Assembly: GCF_001194135.2 (NCBI RefSeq)
Contig: NC_068982.1
Span: 106,754,945-106,818,944 of the forward strand
Reading direction: 5' to 3'
Length of the DNA: 64,000 nt
Source: Octopus bimaculoides
Lineage: Eukaryota
A program made the translations under genes and the position numbers. Below the pieces are notes generated by a model. That model had not been told where the DNA came from. It made no database searches and saw only the letters and a program-made list of their open reading frames with translations. Numbering within the stretch: the first letter of the stretch is position 1; each line of letters opens with the position of its first letter. Below, one piece after another: positions 1 through 12,400 of this stretch.

Positions 1-94
1 TGGGTAAGGGCTTTGTCAATATCTGCATTATTCGCTCTCTTTGGGTATTTGCCATTGAGAGGTTTTCCATGCCATTTTTCAGTCGTTATTTTCA

Positions 95-140
<46 letters not shown>

Positions 141-141
<1 letters not shown>

Positions 142-325
142 AAGGTGGCGAGCTGGCAGAATCGTTAGCAAGCTGGGTGAAATGCTTAGCGGTATTTCGT
201 CTGCCGTTATTTTCTGAGTTCAAATTTGCCTTTCATCCTTTCGGGGTTGATAAATTAAGTACCAGTTGAACTTACCTCCTCCCCGAACTTGTTAGTCTTG
301 TGCCAAAATTTGAAAACATTATTGT
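141..325 (+). mobile_element. tRNA-derived SINE family A copy (internally deleted)
   Basis: Head aaggtggcgagctggcagaatcgttagc with B-box-like gagttcaaat; same head at 1176, 1614, 42779 and 44770 (-). Confidence 0.75.
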
Positions 326-429
326 TGTTGTTATTCGTTAGAATGCTGGGCAAAATGCTCCCCTTACAGCTTCTAGGTAGATACAGACAGTCAACATCTG
401 CCTTAGGATGGTGCATATTCTTCTTCTAT

Positions 430-1165
430 GATGCATAGGGCCTCAACAGTTATTTTCCACTTTTTGCAATCATTAGTGTTTCTTGGCTGCTTCCTATGTC
501 AGGCCGGTGGTCCTGAGCTCGTCCAAAATGCTCCGCTTCCATGTCTGCTTCGGACATCCTCGCTTCCTTTTCCCCTGCGGGTTCCAGTCAAGTGCTTGTC
601 GTGTCACATTTGAGGGTTCTTTCCACAGTGTGTGTCCAATCTCCATCTCCCTCGTCTAATCTGAACATGTATGGGTTCCTGGTTGGCCCTTTCCCACAGG
701 TTGGCGTTTGGTACTCTGTCAAACCACTTCAGATGGAGGATCTGCCAGAGACATTTGTTGATGAAGGTCTGGATCTTCCTGTAGTTGCTACAGGTGGCTC
801 TCCATGTTTCAGAGCCATACAAAAGCACAGATTTTACGTTCGAACTAAATAAGTGGAGTTTAGTTCGAGTTGAGATGGCAGTGGACTTCCATACTGGCTG
901 AAGAATAGCGAAGGCTTGCCAAGCCTTCTTGCTTCTTGCAGTGATGTCCTCATTTGATCCAGCTGATTTGCTGATCTTGCTTCCAAGATAGACAAACTCA
1001 CTAACGTCCTCCACAGGTGCCCCCTCAATTGTGATTGGCTCTTCCTGCTTGTTGTTGATACGCAGCACTTTTGTCTTTTCCTGGCTGATCCTCAAGCCCA
1101 CTCGCCGTGAAGTTTCTCTCAGGTGGTCTACCTTATCTTGCATATCTTGCATATTAGATGTCAGT
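430..1165 (-). mobile_element. 5'-truncated RTE-clade LINE, RT C-terminal fragment
   Basis: GLRISQEKTKVL, FVYLGSKIS, SVLLYGSETW; after a frameshift, LDWNPQGKRKRGCPKQTW. Confidence 0.9.
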
Positions 1166-1175
1166 AATTTTCTAA

Positions 1176-1395
1176 AAGGTGGCAAGCTGGCAGAATCGTT
1201 AGCATACCGGTAAAATGCTTAGCTGTGTTTCATCTGTCCTTATGTTCTGAGTTCAAATTCTGCCAAGGTAAATTTTACATTTTGTTCTTTCGAGGTCGAT
1301 AAAACAAGTATCAGTCGAGCACTGGGGTCAATGTAATCGACTTAACTCCGAAATTGCTGGCTGTATACCAAAACTTGAAACCATTATTATTATTT
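1176..1395 (+). mobile_element. SINE family A copy
   Basis: Same head, gagttcaaattc box, ctggggtc module and (ATT) tail. Confidence 0.75.
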
Positions 1396-1613
1396 ATATT
1401 ATTGTTACTTTGTTTTATACAAACTGTGCCAAGTTTCATCACCCTGAAACCTCAAGTAACAGTAAGTTGGGTGTCTTACTGTGGGTGTTATTTATGATTA
1501 CTAATGAGATAGTCTATGTGAAGAAAGGCCAGATTCTGGTTGAGTGTAGTTGACTAGCCCCCTCCCCCAAAATTTCAGGTCTTGTGTCTATAGTAGAAAG
1601 GACTATTATTATT

Positions 1614-1835
1614 AAAGCAGCAAGCTATCAGAATCATTAGTGCATCTTACAAAATGCTTAGCAACATTTCTTCCAACTCTTTACATTTTGAGTTCAAATC
1701 CTGCCAAGGTCAGCTTTGCCTTTCATCCTTTCAGGTGCAATAAAATTACATACCAGTCAAATACTGGAGTCGATGGTATTACCTAACCCCTTCCTGCTAA
1801 AGTTGCTGACCTTGTACCAAATTTTGGAACATTTA
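1614..1835 (+). mobile_element. SINE family A copy (diverged)
   Basis: Alignable by eye to 42779-42991. Confidence 0.65.
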
Positions 1836-1904
1836 TTATTGTTACAAATCTCATTTCTTAGGAGGCACAAGATAAATTTTTGCAGATGATATTGGATTGA
1901 ATTT

Positions 1905-2335
1905 ATTCCAGTAGTTTTGCTATTAGCTCCAAGTCAGCCCTGATTGAGTAGATGTATGATCGAAGCATTGCAATCAATACCCATTGTTTCCTCTAAAAAC
2001 AGAGCATATAGGACTACATAAACTTTTTTTTTCTTTTTTGGAATTGTAGATTTTGGCTGAGAGGTGATTTAATTTGTTTCCAGCAGGTTGGGCAATGAAG
2101 TAAAGGCTTCCTTTATTAGCTCCAGACTACTCCATTTCTTGGTATTGACATCAGTTCAGAACTAACTGGACAGATGTGTGATCAAATGCATTGCAAATGT
2201 GACCACTCTGGATTTTTTTGTGTCACTAGGATAACATTTGCTAATATATCTTTCTTTCTTCAAGACAAGTTGTCATTTTAGGGAGATTTGACTGCTATTT
2301 GAGCAGATCGAGTAACCATGTACAGACTCCTTCAT
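1905..2335 (-). repeat. Two diverged copies of an interspersed repeat (family D, cgacctgctagaaatagcagccaaat core)
   Basis: Similar to 49930-50110 and to the core at 33760-33790. Confidence 0.45.
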
Positions 2336-3345
2336 TCCAGTTATATATTAATGGTAATAAAATCCACGAGTTTATTGGTTGCCGTGTGAAATGAAAAAGT
2401 TTTTTTTTAGGGCTTAAAGGGTTTGTGCCCAAAACATCAAATTCTTCTACTCCTCACTGCAACCAAACACACTGACAGCATCTATATACTCCTTTACCTA
2501 CATCTTCATATACTGAAATATCAAGTTCTAGGGCCTACATTCTGGATGTTATAGATAACACGTACTAGATTAAACCAGAGAGAGAGAGAGGGAGAACCAA
2601 GTGAAATGGCATAAATATTACAAAAATATTGCTAGTAACCATGCAGGTGATGGTTTAAGTGAACAATTTTATTATTGTATTACTTTTCTTTGCTTTTAAC
2701 ATGATCACCTTTCAAAAGCTGTATGGCTTGGGCTAGGGTGCTGGCCTCGCTATCCTAAAGTTGTGGGCTCAACTGTTTGTCCAATGCCACACTGTATCCT
2801 TCTGCAAGGCACTTTATTTCAGGTTACCCTAGTTTACTCAATTGAAACTGAAAATCAGCTGAATTTTGGTGCAAGCCTCCTCCATCTTTCAGGCTGTCAC
2901 ATCTTCAATGTTTCACAGGATCAAAAGTGGATACATCAAAAGTCTCCATGTTTGCTAGCAACTACACTGTCATAAGTAGTGCACAATGCTTTTGCGCCCT
3001 TCAGAATTAATAAAATGGCCCATCTGAGACAAGGTGACCAAAATAATACACCCCAAACCAGTTCACTTAAAAGAACATTTTCTATGGTTACTACCTCCAA
3101 AATTGTAGTTGAGCCTTTTGATCCCTTGCCAAGGTCTTTACTATCTTTATATGGTCCTCTTAATGGCCACTCCTCAATCAAAAGGCCTGTTAGAAGCATC
3201 TCTAATAATAATAATAATAATAATAATAAAAGCTACAACATTCCTCCCAAATTCTCCTTCCTGACACACCAGCCGCTTCCTGAAGTCTTCAATAAACTCA
3301 AACTCACAGGGCAACCAGCCCTAAGTGTCATTCACCGTCAGACTG

Positions 3346-3564
3346 TACAAGGGTGCTGGAAAGTTCCTGGCTTTAAGGGTATCACAAAAGGCCTGGTTGG
3401 AGGCCCAGCCTTCTGAGTTCTTTCACAGAGCTTATTAAAACTGAAGGACCACTGCAATAAGTGTGTGAATCTGAGAGGGGAATATGTTGAATAAAATCAT
3501 AATTAACTGATCCCCCTGTATTTTCTTTTACCCAAAGCCAAGAATTTTTCAGCACCCCCTCGTA
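3346..3564 (+). mobile_element. Internally deleted mariner-type element (MITE)
   Basis: Imperfect ~30-bp TIRs (tacaagggtgctggaaagttcctggcttt / aaagccaagaatttttcagcaccccctcgta), TA ends, and a transposase C-terminal remnant LKDHCNKCVNLRGEYVE*. Confidence 0.8.
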
Positions 3565-4769
3565 TATATATCATTCATCCTGAGAAAACCAGACAGAAAG
3601 CTAGATTTAGCAGTTTCTTAGCAAAGCCCAACATCAGCTTGGTCAAGTATATCTAGGGTTGAAGCCATTCCCATCATGATCAACTATCTTTCCAGACAAC
3701 ATTATCCAACATCTACTCCCTTTAAAATAATAAAATGTAGTGCAAAGAAAATTTGATGGCTAATTTTAGCAGATTGAGTAACTATGAAATGACTCTCTCC
3801 TTGACATAAGACCTAACTGCAATTAGTAAGTCGGCTGAGTACATATGAATTAGAACTGTCAACTACGTATCAAACAAATTCATTTCCCAAGTGATATTGA
3901 AATACTGTGCACAGTTACTACTTAGCACTTTGGTCTTTGGACTCCAGACCACCCTTCTGGATTTGGAAATATTTCCACACGTCCTCAATAGACATACAAG
4001 GACAAATTAATATTGTAAGTGAATTCATCATGTAATGTTCACTTTTTTATGTTTGCATGTGTTAGAATTTGTTGAAGTAGATTTTCTATGGCCAAATCTC
4101 CTGCCACACACACACACACACACACACACAATAGGCTTTTTTTTTTCAATTTCTGTGTACCAAATCCACACACAAGGCTTTGGTTAGCCTGGATCTATAG
4201 AAGAGGAGTGTAGTCAGTGCCTATCAGCCTGGGAGAGGGGTGCTCCCATTGAGATTAATTTTGTAGACGTTCAGCTTGAACTTCAGGCAAGTTTAATAAG
4301 TGAAGGAAAAATATAGAAGGGAGGGAAGAATTTCAGATGACTGCAGATCCAGGGAAGAATGAATGAGTGACTTGTTCAGTGTGAAGTGAAAGATAATAGG
4401 GATGACAAGTGGAAGAATAGCTGGTGCATTACATAAGCAAGGGTAGAAGTAAAGTGCAGCTGGATAGTTCAAAAATAGTAGAAGCAGGAAGATATGCAGA
4501 AGTATACATGTGGGCAGCTGGTAGTTATAATGGGAAACTATGTCTGACAATCAACCAGATGTTTTAGTTGGATTTTGTAAATGTCAGAACAGACACAAGC
4601 TATCTTGCCCAGTACTAACAGTTCTGCCAATCCACTGCCCTGGATTGGTACTTTTGTCAACACAAAGAATGAAAGGCAAAGTTTACCTTAGTAGTTAAAC
4701 TTGAGGCACTGGCAATTACCTAATGTCTTAACATCTTTGCTAACTTGTCATTTTATTATCCAGCAATGT

Positions 4770-5080
4770 TCATCATTATCATCATTTAGCATCTGCTTTC
4801 TATACTTGCATGGGTTAGATGGTTTGACTGAAATTGGTAAGCTGGAGAGCTGCACAAGGTTCCAATCAGATTTGGTATGGTTTCTATGGCTAGATGCCCT
4901 TCCTAGTGCCAACCACTCCAAGTGTGTAATGGGTGCTTTTTATGTGCCTCTGGTTCAAGGTGCCAGTTACATGGCACTGGCATCAACCACAACTACGATA
5001 TCACTTGGCTTGACGAGTCTTCTCAAGCACAGCATATCACCAAAGGTCTCGGTCACTTATCCCCACCATGAGGCCCAACG
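4770..5080 (-). mobile_element. RTE LINE 3' end (family C), (GAT)n tail
   Basis: Shared tail sequence; the ORF-end remnant (cttgagaagactcgtcaagccaagtga) is present. Confidence 0.8.
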
Positions 5081-6413
5081 TTATATATATATTATACTGC
5101 AATGAGTTGGTGAGAGACTGCAAAGTTAAATATAGGCAGTAAGTTTGAATGCCTTAGCTGTGTGCTTTTCATGCAAAAGAAGGAAGTAGTGCAAAATTGT
5201 TTCTGTGATATGAGTAGTCATTCATGTTTTGATGTTGTTGAAGCAACGACAAGGATGACAGCAGCAGCAGAAATCGAAACAAAGGAAAAAGAGGAAAAGA
5301 AAGGGAAATATTGAAATAAGCAGGATTTTCAATAGTGATTTTATTAGCTTTAAGTGAAGTTAACAGAGTATTACAGAAATTATGTACAGAAGTTCCAAAG
5401 AAGATTGAATTGTTTTGGTCTGTTGATTATAAAATGATTCTTGAATGCTTGTTCTGAAGAAACCTACAAGCTGTTTGTCCTCTAATTACCCATTTTACCT
5501 TTAAACAAAGGTAAACAGTGCATGCACCTAATATTTCAGCAAAGTTTGGTCAAATAAATTTGGGACAAAAATATAAAGAAAATAAAATAATAGTAAAATA
5601 AAAATATACACATTTAAAGTAAAATGTTTCAGTTGTGTGTTTAAATAAGCATTAAAAAAATATTCCATGAGAAATCATAGGAAGGCAAAACAGTCAGAAA
5701 GTCAAAACTCTGTTTAAAAATGAATGAAACAGGACACAAGCATATGAAAAATTAACATTTAAATATTAATAAAACTGTAATATATTTTTTAAATCATTAT
5801 TTCATAAAGGACTTGTCATTATCATTATTATCATTTTAGTCTTTTTCTGTTTACTGGTAAATGGCTCATTTATTTTACTGGAGTATGGAGAGCAGCTTTA
5901 TTTCCCGTTTCAAGACTTGAAATTCTATAAATAATAACCTAAAAAAAATATCTTTTTTCTTTTAATCTGTTCATCTTTCAAACACTGAAACTAGAAACTA
6001 AAAGCTACACTGCTGCCATGAAATGATCTGGGAAAGGCTTCGTAGCTTCAACATACAAAGGAATGCTTATTACAATTCTTCCCTAATGATTGCTGTATTG
6101 AATGCATTGGTATAATTGTTAGTGTTGTTTTGGTTTTTTTTTCATGTTTTATAAACTTCATCGATGAAATAGATTCATGAGATTTAAAGAAATCCATCAC
6201 ATATGATGCATAAAGTATCACATATAAAAAAAGCATTGCTTTTTCTAAGAATTATCTCAGTAATATTCTTGAAAATATACTGGGGCACAACAGTGATGAG
6301 TCGAACAACTGAGATGTTAACAAAAGGAGTTGAAAAAAAAAACACAAACCCCCAAAAGCCTGTAGTTATTGGGTTTATAAAACTGACATCAACACTTGTA
6401 CATCAAAATATAT

Positions 6414-6551
6414 TTATTCAGAATCAGATTCTTCATTGTCTGTAGAATAGTCAGAATCTCCACTAGCCTCCTCTTCCTTCTTATCATCATCATCATCAGA
6501 AATCTCCCATTGTGGGTGGTCCTCGATTATCTTGGCTTGTTTTACATCAAG
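6414..6551 (-). CDS. SEC63: SEC63 exon 19, last coding exon (138 nt incl. TAA)
   Basis: [45 protein letters not shown]; attcag acceptor. Confidence 0.94.
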   Translation of the reverse strand, partial: LDVKQAKIIEDHPQWEISDDDDDKKEEEASGDSDYSTDNEESDSE

Positions 6552-9368
6552 CTGAATATATGAATATAAAACAAATCAAAATATAAGAATGTAGAAATGT
6601 TTGGGTTTTTTTTCACATTACTGGACAACTAATAATTTGTCAAATCATAACATGTGGACCCAAAACATAGAATTAAACAAAAGGTAAAAGTAGTAAATAC
6701 AGAGAAATCAGAAAATAAGACTATAAAAGAAAAAAAAAAAATACAGAAAAAAAATTCTCATTTCTATTGAAACATAGTAAAACAAAAAGTCAAATTGTTT
6801 TGCTTCTGCGTGTTATCCAAAAAATTCGCAGTAAATAAAAAAACTGATCACAATATGAAAACTTATTAATCTTTCAGTTATGTAATATTTTCTATTGGCT
6901 TCATCTTAACAAGAGAATCAGTCTATACAAAAGAAAATAAATTTGGGGAAAATAATCACTAAATAAAACAGCTTGACTGTGCTGTTATATTCTAAAAATA
7001 CTTATTTTTGGCCTGAAAACAGTAGGAAGATATACATATGTGTGTATACAATGATACAGATATGTCAGATGCATATGATAAGAAGCAAATAAATGTGTGT
7101 GTGTGTGTGAGTGTATTTTTAAATGAAAAGATGAGAAAAATAAATGTGAAATTAAAAAAAAGGAAAGAGCATAGAAAAGTAGAAAGAGAGTCGGTGGGAA
7201 TGAGAGAAATAAACATAAGCAATGCAAAAAATCACTTACCCTTAAACCATGCACTTGGTCCGAATCTAAATAGGAATCAGATCTCAAATAGACTGAATAA
7301 TGGTAAATGCCAGGTTTTCTTGGTGCAGAAAATTTCACTTCAATCTGCAGGAGAAAATATATATAAATAACATTGTCTTGGATACTAGCAGCAAAAGGGT
7401 TAATATTGGTAGGATATGTTTCATGAGAAAGGAATAACAACCGTAGCACATTGCAGATTAGGCTATCATCATCATCGTTTAATGTCCGCTTTCCATGCTA
7501 GCATGGGTTGGATGATTTGACTGAGGACTGGCGAACCAGATGGCTACGCCAGGCTCCAATCTGATTTGGCAGAGTTTCTACAGCAGGATGCCCTTCCTAA
7601 CGCCAACCACTCCGAGAGTGTAGTGGGTGCTTTTATGTGTCACCGGCACGAAGGCCAGTCAGGCGGTACTGGCAACGGCCATGCTCAAAATGGTGTATTT
7701 TATGTGCCACCTGCACAGGAGCCAGTCCGGCGGCACTGGCAACGACCTCGCTCGAATGTCTTTTCACGTGCCAGGAAGGCAACACTGATAACGATTATGC
7801 TCAAATGGTGCCATTTACATGCCATTAGCGCGGAAGCAAGACAGCTGCTCATACAAATTAATATTTCTTGATTAGAAATTTAATGCAATGTCTAAATCAA
7901 GATTTACCTTTTCTTCATACTTTAAGCTCGAAATAAACACAGGTGCAGATATAAGCATTTTCTGTTTCCGGTCGGCAATGTACAGCCACCAACACTCCTG
8001 TTTTTCCTACAATTCAACAGAAACATAAAGGATGTCATCAAATAATAAATGAACTCATTAACAAACATAAATCAGTCCTAAACCACTCCACTTTCCTTCC
8101 CAAAAGAATAGCCCCCTGGAATTCCCACCCTGCTCATATCTTAACCACATGTGTTGATGTAACAGAGGCTCAAGTGGCACATTAAAGTAACAATTTGACT
8201 GGTCCAAGAGGACCTGCAAAAGCCATGGATACTGCCTCTTCCTCCAGAACCAACAAGTCAAGAAAACTTTGTATTTTGCATGTGCCACGGAGTTATCTAT
8301 AAATGTCCACACTCATATATAATATAGACATTCTCAGTTAACATTACCATATTCGAAATGGGTTGATGTTGCCCTAGGTATAATGTATTCCACAAATATA
8401 TAAAACTGAATATAGAAAGTGTTAATGAACATATAAAGATTAAATTTTAGATTAGTTGAATTTTTGGTCACATCTTTGGTCATAAACAAAATGGGTGGTT
8501 TTAGAGGACATATATTATCCTGTTTGTGAGTTGATGAATAAATGAGATGTATAACCAGTGTTTAATCATATGCTTATTTAAAATATTAATCCTTGTTCAT
8601 GTTTACAATGTAAACTATTGCAACGAATATGCCAAAAGTCAATCTAATCTTTCTTAATATCAGAATAGTTTTGCATTCTTTATATTAATGAAGCAACTTC
8701 CCATGATAAATTCCAGCAATCTTTAAAAATTTCTGTTCAGCAATGAAATAATTATTCAGTAGATGCACCTTGTACAACAGTAAACTATTTTATCACATAA
8801 CACAACAGCAACGTGGTCTAAGCCCAAACAAATGAGAACAAAAAGAAATATAAACTATCATTAAATTAATCCCCATCTTCCAAAAACTTAGAAGAATATC
8901 TCCAAAAAGAAATAATTGTACTCACAAGAGGGAAATATGGACAATGAACAGGATGACTTTCTTTAGATTTTGTTTCTAAAATGGTTTCCTTCTTTATATC
9001 AGCCTGATACTTAGACCAGTCTTCATCATCATCTTTTGCATTAGCATTATCTTTCCAGTTGCCGTCTTTTACATCCTCATCAGAGTTTTCACTTCCTTCA
9101 TGATCAGACCCATTTTCACTCTCTCCTTTACCATTCTCAGCCTCTGCTGTCTGAATTAAATGCTATATTTTTAATATACAATACACATACAAATCTAAGA
9201 AATCATTCTGCATACAGAAACATATGATCAGGTTTAAAGATCCCTGCACTCAATTCTACTCGTTTTCATCCTCCCTCTGGTTCGTGAAATAGAATTTGAC
9301 AATATTTGTTCTCTACAATATTTGTTCTCTAAAACATAAAAAACAGACAGAGTTGGAACTCTTAAATA

Positions 9369-9400
<32 letters not shown>

Positions 9401-12400
9401 GTACATTCATGCACAAATGTACATATCCATACAAATAAATCATCAACATTTAACATCCTTGTTCCAGGTCGGCATGCGGTAGACAGTTTGACAAGATTTG
9501 ATGGGTTCGAGAACTCTAATATTTGCTTTGGCAAGGTTTCTGAGTGGTCGCTCATCTTAATGCCAATTATTTTACAGAGTATACTGGGTGCTTTGTTATT
9601 CTAGCAAGAGGTTCAACAATTGGTTGTTTTGACAATTGTTTACAACTTAAGCAATAGGTAAGGGACTTGTTTTCAGCTAAAATTAGCAGAAGCAAGCAAA
9701 ATGTTATTTTGCCCTTAATTTCACACTTGCTTTTATAACAGATTTGATATATACTTGTCATGACATTGTAGATAATAGTCACAGCAGCACCAATACAATT
9801 TATTATAGAATTTATCAATTATATGACTTATTAAATTACTTTTCTCAAAGCAACAATCATAATTATACAATCAAGTTTAAACAGAAAATATTCAATTACT
9901 TCACTGTAATATCTGAAAATTATAAAATACCTCAGAACTAGCAGGATAAATAGTAGCAACAGTTCCTTTCTTATCCTCCTTACTCTCTGCTGCTGCTGCT
10001 GCTGCTGCTGCTGCCGCCGCCTGTGCTGAAGATGTATTAGATCGGGGTGGTGGACCTTTAACTTTCTTATTAGATTTCTTGCCAGATTTCTTGTTATTTT
10101 TCTTCTTTTTCTTTTCCCAGGGTCTAAGAGGTCTCCTCTGTGGAGATTCAGTGACCTATAACAAAACAAGATTCAACTGTTTTTACATCCATGTTTCCAT
10201 ACTTGAATAAATGGAATGGTTTATTAGCTGAAGTAATTATTTCTACAACTAGATGCTCTTTTCAAAGAAAAGGAGTCAATTCTAACAAGACACTGATTTG
10301 AGATACTTGTGCTAACAGAATAGTTAAACTAATAAAAAATAAAATATTGAATTCATTTTACTAGGCAAGCTAGTTTTGAACATTTTAGCATTTGCAAGAA
10401 ATAACCTCAACTTCTATATATTGATGCACTTCAATCTGTATATTCTCTAATCATCTTTAGATGATATTCTGAGCTAGGCCAGAGGTTGAACCAGGAACTT
10501 TTCATCGTCATTCATCATTTAACATCCATTGTTCATGCTGGCATGGGTTGGACAGTTTGACCAAACTTGGCAAGCTAGAGTGCTGCACTAGACTCCAGTC
10601 TGATTTAGTATGGTTTCTATGGCTGGATGCCCTTCCTAATGCCAACCACTTCACAGAGTGTGCTGGGTACTTTTATGTGGTATCATACAGGCACTTTTAC
10701 ATGGTGCTACATGAGCATTTTTATGTGGCACCACACAGGCATTTTTATGTGGCGCTGCACGGGCACTTTTATATGACACCGCTGAGAATGCCAACTGAAA
10801 CATTGTAGAGAGGAAGAAGTTTGACAAACAGACATCACTATATATTCATCTTGGAAAAAATATGGACTATCATCGTTGTCATCATTTTACCATCCACTTT
10901 TCTATGCTTGAATGGTTCAGACAGAATGTGTTGAGGCAGATTTTCTATGGCTGGGTGCCCTTCCAGTAACCACTCCTCATATATTTCCAAGCAATGTAAT
11001 ATTTCCTCATGGTCAGACATGTTCTGGCAGAATAATGGAAATGAATGCCACTGCATGTATGACAGTGACATTTATTCACAACTCTCATGCAATGTCAAGA
11101 CAAAGACACAAACATACACTAACAGACTTCTTTCAGTTTATGATTACCAAGTTCACTCACAAGGCTTTGATCAGACCAGGCTCAGAAATCACTTGCCAAA
11201 GGTGCCACACAGTGCAACTGAACCTGAAACCATGTGCGTGGGAAGCAAACTTCTTAACTACAGCCACACCTGCAACTCAATAATGAAGTGATTGGTAGTG
11301 TGAGGAGATGACAATGGGCCAGGAGTAATCATCATCATCATTTTATATATCTTTCCTTGTGGCTATGGACTGGAAAGGATGTCACAGTTCAAACTGTTTC
11401 TTATTGAAGTTACTAGCACCTAGAGGGATTGGAGATCAACTAATTGCTTTAGCAAACTTATTTCATACCACCACTTGACTTTATTATTTTCTTTTTCTTT
11501 TTTCATGATAGCACAGATGGGATGCATCATAAAATCTCAAGTATTTGTAAATTCTTAAAGGAGATGTTTACTATCACCGTGTAGTCTCTTCTCTCCCCAC
11601 CCACAAATAGTTGATGAAATGAATTTCTTGACTAGAAATACTTAGTAGCCAAACAGCCATATGTTCAACAGTCCATTAAATTTTAACTCCCTTGCTACTG
11701 TGCTTGAGAAATAGAATAAAATGTAAATCATATGAACCTGATAAGTAGTGATTCTCTCATGAAGTAAGCAATCTGTAACAAATACAGCGATTTATCTAAT
11801 ATTTTCAAGATACTGACATATATTTGCATGGAAAGCAAACATTTCAGATAAGATTGGGATGAATCAAATACAAACCCTGTTTTCAGCCTCTTCTTTTGCA
11901 TAAACATCCTCGGCATCCATCATATCTTTCTTATCGTCCTTTTTACTTGGGGAATCTGTAGTGTTTCTAAAATGATCACCCATGCTTTCCCGCTTAAGGT
12001 TTACAGTCACAGTCACTATAGAACCAGCTGTGATGGTTGAATCATCATCATCAATGACTGAAAATTGAAGAAACAAAAACGTGTTACTAGCCAAATCAAA
12101 TAACTTTTTTGTCTAACTAGTCGAAAGCAAAATTACAGAGACAACTCCTGCATTATCACTACAAGTTCTAGTTCAAGCATTATCAATACAAGCACTTGTA
12201 ACAACTACCACCAGATATATCATGATAATCAAATTCATATTAAAAACAGAAAGAAAATGTTTGGATGAATACGTAAGTTTTAGCAACTTTCAAAACAAGA
12301 TATCAAGACACCATGCAAATAATAGGTCTTTGTTAAGATATTATATCAGTAGCTGTTATTCAGTTTCAAAGGAATTTAAATCATAAAGTAAGATTTAGCT

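Noticed and set aside
2979-3416. 145-aa plus-strand ORF
   Set aside because: It runs through an (AAT)n repeat into a mariner TIR and has no recognisable domain or splice context.
7566-7871. Recurring peptides ([19 protein letters not shown]) in ORFs at 7.6, 17.6, 28.1 and 61.1 kb that look like a gene family
   Set aside because: They are antisense translations of the GC-richer RTE 3' UTR repeat.
9978-9983. Strong-looking internal donor GTAAGG in SEC63 exon 15
   Set aside because: It is phase 1 while exon 16 starts in phase 0, so its use would frameshift. The donor at 9930 keeps the frame.
9831-10169. ORF-track peptide with a poly-Gln run
   Set aside because: It is the wrong frame. Splice phases of the flanking SEC63 exons place the repeat in the poly-Ala frame.
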